Shown here in pieces: positions 40,501 to 52,400 of a DNA stretch of 64,000 nucleotides (position 1 is the stretch's first letter; every line of letters begins with the position of its first letter). The notes beneath the pieces were generated by a model. That model saw only the letters and a program-made list of their open reading frames with translations, had not been told where the DNA came from and did not search any database. The position numbers and the translations under genes are program-made. Where the stretch lies: assembly GCF_001194135.2 (NCBI RefSeq), contig NC_068983.1:10384457-10448456 (forward strand), written 5' to 3'. The DNA is from Octopus bimaculoides (Eukaryota).

Positions 40501-43500
40501 TTAAATTCTGCTGGTGTAGATTAACCTTTTAATATCTGTGGTTTAATAAAATAAAGCATTGGTCAAACACAGGCACTGATTTAATTAACTAATTAATTAC
40601 ATACCCTTTTGGCCTTGTGCTAATATAAGAAACAATATTTATTCTGAAGAAGAAGGACAGTGCCATTATCTGCCTCCTCCACACACACACCTAACTATTA
40701 AGATCAATACAGTCGATGTTTAGATCAAACTTATGCAGAGGAAGGGTTCCAGAAAATTCTAATTCAAAGGAAAGATTGGGTAATTAGATCAGTAAAGTGT
40801 TCAGAGAGTGAGGAATGTATGGTTTTTTATTTTTTTTAATTCATTCTAGGATGTTTTGCAACAGAATCATTTGAACAGCTCTCAAGGCTGCATCTAGAAT
40901 GTATAACAATAGACTCATTTGGACAGCTTTCTAATGATACTGCTATTCAAATTGCAAAACTAAGGAGTTCTCTTTACCCTATGTTGTTTCCATTTGTCTC
41001 ACACACACACACACACACACACACATTTCTTCAGTCAATATCCATTTAATCTGTTTTTTTCAGTGAGCATATGTTTGGGTGAGAAGTTATTTGGGGCTGA
41101 AATTTTAGAGCTGGATGCTCTTCCTGTTGATGCTAAGTTCCTAGTCTCTTTAAGGTTACTTACCTTGACAATTTGCAACACCAGGCTGTTTATAACTAAT
41201 GCTGGTTCTAATCTGGAGTTAAATATTTTCTCAATCGTTCCACTTGGTGGTGATGAAATAGACTTCCAATAATTTACCAGCTCTCGTTCAACTATAAAAA
41301 GAAAACAAAAATAAATAGTTCCACGTGACAGCTTTAAGAAAAATTACAACTCATTATTTTTCTATTCTCAAACCGTTGAAATCATGAATGGTGACATAGA
41401 CAATGTCATGATGGTCTTCAATTTAACATCTACATTTCCATATTGCTATGGATTAAATAGAGTTGCTCTACAGCAACTTGCCACATCTCAGTATATGACA
41501 CATAACATGGATTCAAAATCACATTTCATATATTTACCCATTTGCCCAATATTTGAAGACGTGTATAAAATATCAGACAAAGAATTGTTACTCTAATAAA
41601 GTTCTAAAATATGAAACAAGACCAAAACATCAAATGGGTTTCACATAATACTGTTTCCTCTGAGTAGATCAAGCAAAGACCTTGATGAGCTTTTCATGGT
41701 TTGTTTGTGTTTTATAAGTCTAGTATAAAATTGATAAAACCTGGTACTACATCATGTGAAATACACATAAATACTTCTACATAGTTTTGAATTTCTTGCA
41801 AGATAAATAAAAAAAGAAAAAAGTAGCCAAGATAAAGATTTTTGTTTCTTAAATTTACCTTTATGAGAAGCTGATCTGTTTTTCTCAGCAATCACTCGGT
41901 TTTCTTTACACTGCAACAAACAATAGTTATGAAATATAACATGACATACAACATAGTATACAGTGTAAATGGGCATTGTGAACATTCAAACACTGTCTTT
42001 CCAAGTCCTGTTGCTTTTCACAGGGTATTTTTGGTCCTCTAATGTTGTTTGGTGTGTAAATCCACCTACCATTTTTGGTTGTAAATTTTGGTCTAGAAAA
42101 TTCAATTATACATGCCAGAAAATAGAGTAATAATAGTACAATGTTAAATATAAAAACTAATCGATTATCCTTCCACCCTTTCCATGCTAGCATGGGTTGG
42201 ACGATTTGACTGAGGACTGGCGAACCAGATGGCTACACCAGGCTCCAATCTGATCTGGTAGAGTTTCTACAGCTGGATGTCCTTCCTAACACCAACCACT
42301 CCGAGAGTGTAGTGGGTGCTTTTTACGTGCCACCGGCATGAAGGCCAATGCATGCACACACAACAGGCTTCTTTTAGTTTCCATCAACAAAATCCATTCA
42401 CAAGATTTTGGTTGACCCAGGATTATAGTAGAAGATACTTGCCCAAGGTGCCATGCAGTGAGACTGAGTCTAGAACCACGCGGTTGGGAAGCAAACATCT
42501 TATGACACACCTTTACCTATAGCCATACTTATGCCTATGTATCAACATTTACACGGAATCATCCCACCTCAACTAGTACAGAAAATGTGCGGTAAAACAG
42601 TAAATTTACAAAAATAACTATAAAGATGTGAGCCATTGAAGAGAAACCTAAAACATACCTGTCTTTTAGGGAGCTGTTCTTCAGTGGAATCTTCTGATGT
42701 TTTATCAATATTCAATCTTTTGTGCTTTTTCTGACTGACACTTTTGCATATTATATCTACATTGGAAGTTTCTGGAGGTTTACTTTCTGAAGTGGTAACA
42801 GAGTTATCCCCAATAACTTCTCCAGCTTTGACAAAACACTTCTTAATTTCCTCAGCCTTCTTTAACTTCAGATCAGAAATAGATTCAAACTGAACTTGTT
42901 TTCTGGTCAGTTTCTCAGTTGTCTGGAAGGCTGTAATGTGAGACTCTTTTTTGAATTCTTTCAACTGACCAGTCTTCTTGCTTAAAAGATGATGATGTGA
43001 TCGATTTAAGGACCTAAAAGATACAAATAATTATTTTAATTTAAAAAAAGACAGAATCAAACATTTTACACAAGAAATATTTTTTCAATTGGATATCGTT
43101 TGAAGGAATAACACTCCTGGTTAATTGGGGATTTTTTTGCCAAGGATATAAACACCACCAGTAAAACTAATCCAGTGATGAATTGAAGCTGGTGAAAATA
43201 TGTTTGTTGATGAACCACTACCACATCATGGAATCTCCAATTCTCAAATCAATGAAGGAGCCTTTACATGGTAGTAGCTCAATCAACCAGAAATAGCTGC
43301 TTCATTTTCTTTTTACCATGTATAACCTTTTAGCACTTAAACTGGCCCTATTAAGCCCAAATATTCTGTTTTATGCTCAAACTGGCCAGATCCAGCCTCT
43401 CGTACCTACCCTAGAATATAATTGTAATGGTAAACAATCACATTATCAAAATCTCAAAGCTACAAGATAATGTATGATTAATTCAAAATGATGCAAATAG

Positions 43501-46500
43501 ATAAGCATTACATTTGACAGACCAATCTGAATCTTAAAGGGATAAATAATACGATACTTTATTTATTGGAACAATTAAATATACAATTGGATGTTCATCC
43601 AATTCATAACCACTCAGCCATTAAATTAGGAGTAGAGCCTGACTTTGTTCAGTCAGGCAGCTATAGTAAACAGGGTTAGGTTTCTTTCCTTACAGAAACA
43701 GCAGTAAGATATGAACTTATGATCAGGCACAGGAGTAGCTGTGTGGTAAGTAGCTTGCTTACCAACGACATGGTTCTGGGTTCGGTCCCAGTGCGTGGCA
43801 CCTTGGGCAAGTGTCTTCTGCTATAGCCTTGGGACGACCAAAGCCTTGTGAGTGAATTTGGTAGACGGAAACTGAAAGAAGTCCGTCGTATATATATATA
43901 TATATATACGACGGACTGTGTGTGTGTGTGTATATATATGTGTGCGTGTCTGTTTGTCCCCCAACATCGCTTGACAACCGATGCTGGTGTGTTTACGTCC
44001 CCGTAACTTAGCGGTTCAGCAAAAGAGACCGATAGAATAAGTACTAGGCTTACAGAGAATAAGTCCTGGGGTCGATTTGCTCGACTAAAGGCGGTGCTCC
44101 AGCATNNNNNNNNNNNNNNNNNNNNNNNNNNNNNNNNNNNNNNNNNNNNNNNNNNNNNNNNNNNNNNNNNNNNNNNNNNNNNNNNNNNNNNNNNNNNNNN
44201 NNNNNNNNNNNNNNNNNNNNNNNNNNNNNNNNNNNNNNNNNNNNNNNNNNNNNNNNNNNNNNNNNNNNNNNNNNNNNNNNNNNNNNNNNNNNNNNNNNNN
44301 NNNNNNNNNNNNNNNNNNNNNNNNNNNNNNNNNNNNNNNNNNNNNNNNNNNNNNNNNNNNNNNNNNNNNNNNNNNNNNNNNNNNNNNNNNNNNNNNNNNN
44401 NNNNNNNNNNNNNNNNNNNNNNNNNNNNNNNNNNNNNNNNNNNNNNNNNNNNNNNNNNNNNNNNNNNNNNNNNNNNNNNNNNNNNNNNNNNNNNNNNNNN
44501 NNNNNNNNNNNNNNNNNNNNNNNNNNNNNNNNNNNNNNNNNNNNNNNNNNNNNNNNNNNNNNNNNNNNNNNNNNNNNNNNNNNNNNNNNNNNNNNNNNNN
44601 NNNNNNNNNTATATATACATATATACGACAGGCTTCTTTTAGTTTCCGTCTACCAAATCCACTCACAAGGCTTTGGTCAGTCTGAGGCTATAGAAGACAC
44701 TTGCCCAAGGTGCCACACAGTGGGACTGAACCCGGAACCATGTGATTCATAAGCAAGCTACTTACCACACAGCCACTCCTACGCCTGTCATTTTTTTTTT
44801 CTTTCATCAACTGATACAAAGTTATCTCCCTCTCCACTATAGTCCTCACAGTTTTTGGTCTTATGAGCTACACTGCAACCTCACTCAAGTTGGTACCTTG
44901 AAAAAGTACACTCTGTAAAGTGGCTGGTATAAGAAAAACCATCCAATCATAGCAGACATTGGAGCTCAATGTAGTCCTCCATCTTGGTGGATCTTGTCAA
45001 ATCCTCTAACTGATGCCAGCATGGTTGTTGTTGTTGGCACTCCGTCGCTTATGACGTCGAGGTTTCCAGCTGATCCGATCAACGGAACAGCCTACTCGTG
45101 AAATTAACGTGCAAGTGGCTGAGCACTCCACAGACACGTGTACCCTTAACATAGTTCTCCAGGATATTCAGCGTGACACAGAGTATGACATGGTTGACCT
45201 TTTGAATTACAGGTACAACAGAAACAGGAAGTAAGAGTGAAAGAAAGTTGTGGTGGAAGAGTACAGCAGGGTTCGCCACCATCACCTGCCGGAGCCTCAT
45301 GGAGCTTTAGGTGTTTTCGCTCAATAAACACTCACAACGTCCGGTTTGGGAATCGAAACCGCGATCCTATGACCGTGAGTCTGCTGCCCTAACCACTGGG
45401 CCATTGCGCCTCCAGCATGGTAGACAGACATTAAAAGCTGTGCTTCTGTGTGTGTGAGTATGTGTTTATGTATGTGTGCACATATTTTTTAGTGGTTAGT
45501 AGTTTCATGACCCACTTTTTCTTTCTTGGCACACTTGTTCTTTGCACACAGGTATACATACCTGTTCACATGCATATATAGAGATGATTCAATGTTTTGG
45601 GTGGATTCAATAAATTCTAGAAGTTATTATTTTTTTTTTGTATTTCAACATTCTTACTGCTGCTCAACTCTCCAATTATCAGCTTTATCAGTCTGCTGAA
45701 TAAGACTGGAGATGTGTACAAATGGCACTATCTTTTATCACAAACAAGGCACCTTGTCCAGAAATAATGAACATATCCAATATATAAATTTCAGACTAAC
45801 ATGTCTTTATGTTATATGCTGTTGGATTTTTTAACATGAATGTATATACTTACAAATATGAATATTTCCTATTTCTAAGTTCTTCACTAAAATTAGCATA
45901 CTATCTTTTATTTCTTACTTAACTTGTCTATCAAACATTTCCATAATTATTTCTCCATGCTATCTTGGGTTAGACGAATATACATACAAACACACAAACA
46001 TGCATGTACATCATTTACATGACTACAATGATACTCATTTACAACTATCAGGCGAAGTCAAGGCAAAGAAACCATCACACACACACACACACATACATAC
46101 ACACACGCAACAGTCTTCTTTCAGTTTCTGTCTACCAAATCCACTCACACGGTTTTTGATTGGTCTAGGGCTATAGTAGAAGACACTTGCCCAAACATTG
46201 GGGTCCAGACATAATTAACTCATTCCTTCCTCCCAAATTGCTGCCCTTGTGAAAAAATTTGAAACCGTTGTTGTCGTTTTTGCTATTATTATTATTATTA
46301 TTATTATCATCATCATCATCATCATCATCACATGCTTTCACTGCACTACTGAGCACAGCTCTGTGTACCTTGAGAGTGTGCTATGGTTTGTTGTGATGCT
46401 CTTGTTTTTGCTGTATTGAAAGTGGTTTACATAGGATGTGTGCAGTGCCTAGTAGTACTATTTTCTGTATTATCATTTTTATTGCATGAGTTGAAAGACA

Positions 46501-49390
46501 TTATTTACAATGGACGGATAGGTGTCCTCATCTTGTTTGCAGTTATCACGTTTTGGCCGATGTATTCTCCAGCCTTCATCAGATGTTCTGGTGGGATTTC
46601 GAACCCTTTATTTGACTAATGTTCTGATTCCTAAAGTATGTTGCTGATGTTATTTTTCTGTTAATATTATTTTTCAAGTCCCTGCCTGTGATTGAACTTA
46701 GAATCCGAGGGTTAGCAGCCCATGCTCTTATCCACTATGCCATATGCCCATGGGTAATTATAGAATGAATTTAAGGGCTTATAAACCTAGTATTTTATCT
46801 TTTCTTAATACCAGTTCCCATATTACATTCATATCTGCACTAGGTCTACTTAGGAGGTTATTGTATCCAAGCATATATGCAGCCTCTTTTAATTTTCGTA
46901 TTTTCCAGTGGTGTTCTCTGTTGATTGTTTTAACTTTATCCCACAGCAGGAGGTGGTCTCTGTTTTCCCATACATGATTGGCTATATCCGATTTTTCAAC
47001 ATCCCCCTCGTGTCACAGTTTTACAATGTACCTCTACCCTTATTTTGAGGGGGCGGCATATTTCGCCTTTGTATAACCTACCACAACCGCACGGTCATAT
47101 TCTCTTCTATGGGTGGTTTTACTTAGAAAAGATATCTGCGAAGTGTTGTATTACTTCTGAATACTGTCATATGGTAGTGGTTTGGTTTTAAAAGGGCTAA
47201 TCTGGTTGAAGGGGTGAAATAAGGGAGACAGACCCTGAGTAAGCTTAGAAACAAAATAAACCCCTTTGAGAAGTAAAATAAAATAAAATCATGTCACTGT
47301 TATCTTTAACAATTTATAATTGAGGGCAAATGTCCCACTTATAATCTTGATATGACATTCTGCTGCTGAGAGATAATACATGATACATAGCTGGAATCAA
47401 TTGAGTTTGCAGTATATCTTGACCTCACACAAATCTCTGACCTCATAAAATAATGAGACAGACAGTACCGAAGTGAATCAGGTGCTCTGATTCATTAATT
47501 CCAACATTGTTACAAGCATACGAATCTACTTACTAAAGGGTGGACCAAAAGTCATTCTTAATTTTTCTTTTCTGTTTTAAATTTACAATACCACAATATC
47601 ATACACACACACATATATACGGGAAATAGATGTAAGCTAGGTGGGAAAAATTACGTCTAAATTAAAAAAATAATTTTAAAAATTTATTAAAATCTCATAT
47701 CTTTTCGTGACTTTTGGCCCACCCCGTAGAAAATATTACACAATCACTCACACATCTACACACAAGTAGACACACATGCACACACACATACAATACACAT
47801 GTACACTTACATTACACATACAGTGGAGCATACTAGCCTCATTCCTTTCTAACTTTTGCATGTCCTCTACATTCAGGGACCACATCTCACTACCATGTAG
47901 AATTGCTGTCTGTACATGCTTAGAATTCAAAAGACAATTTTAATATAATTTTTCACAAATGGTATAACATCATCATCGTTTAACGTTCGCCTTCCATGCT
48001 AGCATGGGTTGGATGATTTGACTGAGGACTGGCGAACCAGATGGTTACACCAGGCTCCAATCTGATCTGGCAGAGTTTCTACAGCTGGATGCTCTTCCTA
48101 ACGCCAACCACTCCGAGAGTGTAGTGGGTGTTTTACGTGCCACCGGCACGAAGGCCAGTCAGGCGGTACTGGCAACGGCCACGCTCAAAATGGTGTATTT
48201 TATGTGCCACCTGCACAGGAGCCAGTCCAGCGGCACTGGCAACGACCTCGCTCGAACGTATTTTCACGTGCCACCAGAACAGGTGCCAGTAAGGCGACGC
48301 TGGTAGCGATCACGTTCAAATGGGGCTATTTACGTGCCACTGGCACGGAAGCCAGGCTGCTGCTCTGGCAACGATCACGCTCGGACGGTGCTCTTAGCGC
48401 TCCACTGGCACAGGTGCCATCATGATTTCGCTTTCACTTGCCTCAGCAGGTCTTCGGAAGCGGAGTTTAGTGTCCAATGAAGGAAAGGTATGCATAAGTG
48501 GGCTGGCTACACCCCTAGCAGAGGCCTCGGATTATGGTCTCACTTGGCTAAGTAATAAAGTAGAAAAGGGAAATATTTTGATGCAGACCACCACTACCAT
48601 CATCTCCTTCTCCTCCTCCTAATGAGCACTAGAATTGTTAGAGATAAACAGGTACCAGTTGTTGTCTTCATAATCATGACAATGATGATGATGATGAAAT
48701 ATATATTCAACAGATTCTATAAACTGAGCTGTTGTCATTATAGTGTATCTCCAGTAACTTCTGCATGAGAAGACCTACGATACAGAGAAATCCTATCAAA
48801 GAGATTATTCATTGAATTGGTGTTTCTGGCTGTGGTTATTCTATCTCGTGTAAGCCATGCTGTTTTCAAATTTTGCATGTTAGTCATGACTCTGTACTCA
48901 TAAGGATATTAAAATAATAATTCTTTCTAGTTTTTGACTCAAGGCCGGCAAATTTTGAGTGAAAAGGGGAAGCTGGTTGCATTGACCCTAGTGCTTAACT
49001 GGCATCTATTTTATCAACCCTGAAAGAATAAAAGGTAGAGCCAACCTCTATGATTTGAACTCAGAATGTAAAGCTGGAAGAAATGCCTTTCGGTATTCTG
49101 TTTGTTGGTGTGCTAATGATTAAAACTCATTAAGACTCTAAACAATTTTATCCCTGTCACCAAACAATAGATGTTATTTTACTTGTTTCAGTCATTTGAC
49201 TGTGGCCAATCTGGAGCACCGCCTTTAGTCGAGCATATCGACCCCAGGACTTATTCTTTGTAAGCCTAGTACTTATTCTATCGGTCTCTTTTGCCGAACC
49301 GCTAAGTGACGGGGACGTAAACACACCAGCATCGGTTGTCAAGCGATGCTAGGGGGACAAACACAGACACACAAACACACAGACACACAA

Positions 49391-49450
<60 letters not shown>

Positions 49451-52400
49451 GACGGGCTTCTTTCAGTTTCCGTCTACCAAATCCACTCACAAGGCTTTGG
49501 TTGGCCCAAGGCTATAGTAGAAGACACTTGCCCAAGGTGCCACGCAGTGGGACTGAACCTGGAACCATGTGGTTGGTAAGCAAGCTACTTACCACACAGC
49601 CACTCCTGTGCCTAATAGATGTTATTTTTTTTTCAACAAGCCAATGAATACTGAATCTCCCTCTAATCACTACCACCTTAAAAAGAACAAAAGATCTTAT
49701 ATAATGCAGTCCTAGATACATTAAGTGGCCCATTTTTTTATCAAGGTTGGCTAAAACAACAACAACAACATCCTAACTTTCATCAATACAGAAGAAGAGA
49801 CAACAAAATTTTTATTTCTTACCTGGATTTATTTAATAATTTCCTTCTGTGAGCAAATGTTGCTGAGATTTTGCTGGGGACATTTTCGTCAGATGATGAA
49901 TTATGGGAAAGATTGAATACTTTCTCAGGAGTTTGCTTGTTGCTCTTTAGCACCGGTTCATCAGGGTATTTGCCATCATGACTGTTAACATGATTTTTGT
50001 TTCCACTGCTGTTTATTGGTAGAATGGAATTTTCAGTTGGTCTTTTCCTAAAGTTGATGGACAGATGTGGAGGCAAAGTGTTCTCTACAGAACTCTTTAT
50101 TGAGATTTGAGCAACAGCAAACTTACTGTTGACTGTATCTGTGTGTGAAGAATGTTTTTTGATAAATTCTAAAGTATCTGGAAATGGAGTTATCAGAGGA
50201 GCAACTAAAATGAACTCTTCAATTAATGTCAGAATATCGTTACTAGAAGCAGTTTCATTAGATTCTCGAGCAAAGATCTTTGGATATGTTGTATCATTTG
50301 CTATGTTTTCTGACTGGGATTCCTCAGTATTGTGACAGAACCCAAAGACCTGTTCAATTCCTAATTGTTTTGAACTCACAGAATCGTTCTTCCCATTCTC
50401 TACTGCTTCGTTCTTAGATTTTATAGAATCCAACAATGAAGTAGAATGTTGGAGAAACGTTACAGAACATTTAATATGAGATGATGGTTTATTATTTACA
50501 AAATTAGTTCTTATACATGGAGCTTCTTCAACCTTCTGGGAAGGTTTACCGTTTTCTTTGATGTCTCCACAAGCTGTTCCAGTTGCAGTATCTTTTTTAT
50601 GCTCCATATTTGTCTCAATGCTGAAATTTGGCATCTGTGAATCTCCATTATTATCATCAACATCTAGAGATGTATTAAAAGAGTCACATCGGATCAGCCG
50701 ATTTTTATCTTCAGGCATTGTCTTCTCTTCAGACTGTAATTCCTTTAATTTCACCGGAAACATTTGGGAATTTGGGTCATCAGAGTTTGTACTGGTTTCT
50801 GTTCTATCACTATTATTTACAGATTTTAAAGGAATATCACTATTTGAAAATTGCTTCTCACTTTCAGAGTCTGAGCTACAAATACCAAACAAGTCATTTA
50901 TAGAGGTAGTAGATTTAGGTTTTGTTGTATAACATTTAGCTGAACTTGAGTCTATTTCTTGCTCAGAGAGTGAATCAGAAAATATCAAGCTATCTTCATT
51001 GTTCATAGTTTCTAATGCATATGAATGTTCAATTTTAATCAGGTCACCTTCTTTTGTCTCACCATTAGCTACATATTCTACTAAATTTCTTTGAAAGCCC
51101 ACTTTCTTAGAGGTGTTGTAATCCAAATCTAAAGAATCATCACTAAAATCATTAAATTCTTCACTGGAAGTATTTCCATTGTTAATCTCGGTAAAAACTT
51201 TCTCTTGGAGTTTCAGCGCTGCTGGTTCATTGGATACCAAACTAGTTCTATCATTTAGATCTTCCAATTCATTATTAGCAATAACTGTTTCAGATATTTT
51301 AGGAAGAGAAGCTGATATGGTATGTCTTTCCTTAGAATTGTGAAATTTAATTTCTGAATCATTAAATTTAGTTTCTGGATTGTTAAATATAGTTTCTGGA
51401 TTGTTAAATATAGTTTCTGGATTGTTAAATATAGTTTCTGGATTGTTAAATATAGTTGCTGGATTGTTAAATATAGTTGCTGGATTGTTAAATTTAGTTG
51501 CTGGATTGTTAAATTTAGTTTCTGGATTGTTAAATTTAGTTTCTGGATTGTTAAATTTAGTTTCTGGATTGTTAAATATAGTTGCTGGATCGTTAAATAT
51601 AGTTGCTGGATTGTTAAATTTAGTTTCTGGACTATTAAATTTAGTTTCTGGATTGTTAAATTTAGTTTCTGGATTGTTAAATTTAGTTTCTGGACTATTA
51701 AATTTAGTTTCTGGATTGTTAAATTTAGTTTCTGGACTATTAAATTTAGCTTCTGGATTGTTAAATATAGTTTTGGGATTGTTAAATTTAGTTTCTGGAT
51801 TGTTGAATATAGTTGCTGGACTATTNNNNNNNNNNNNNNNNNNNNNNNNNNNNNNNNNNNNNNNNNNNNNNNNNNNNNNNNNNNNNNNNNNNNNNNNNNN
51901 NNNNNNNNNNNNNNNNNNNNNNNNNNNNNNNNNNNNNNNNNNNNNNNNNNNNNNNNNNNNNNNNNNNNNNNNNNNNNNNNNNNNNNNNNNNNNNNNNNNN
52001 NNNNNNNNNNNNNNNNNNNNNNNNNNNNNNNNNNNNNNNNNNNNNNNNNNNNNNNNNNNNNNNNNNNNNNNNNNNNNNNNNNNNNNNNNNNNNNNNNNNN
52101 NNNNNNNNNNNNNNNNNNNNNNNNNNNNNNNNNNNNNNNNNNNNNNNGCTGGATTGTTAAATTTAGTTTCTGGACTATTAAATTTAGTTTCTGGATTGTT
52201 AAATTTAGTTTCTGGACTATTAAATTTAGCTTCTGGATTGTTAAATATAGTTTTGGGATTGTTAAATTTAGTTTCTGGATTGTTGAATATAGTTGCTGGA
52301 CTATTAAATTTAGTTTCTGGATTGTTAAATTTAGTTTCTGGATTGTTAAATTTAGTTGCTGGACTATTAAATTTAGCTTCTGGATTGTTAAATATAGTTT

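Noticed and set aside
43676-44666. Long ORFs spanning 44106-44609, and those around 61521-61868
   Set aside because: Artefacts of N gaps.
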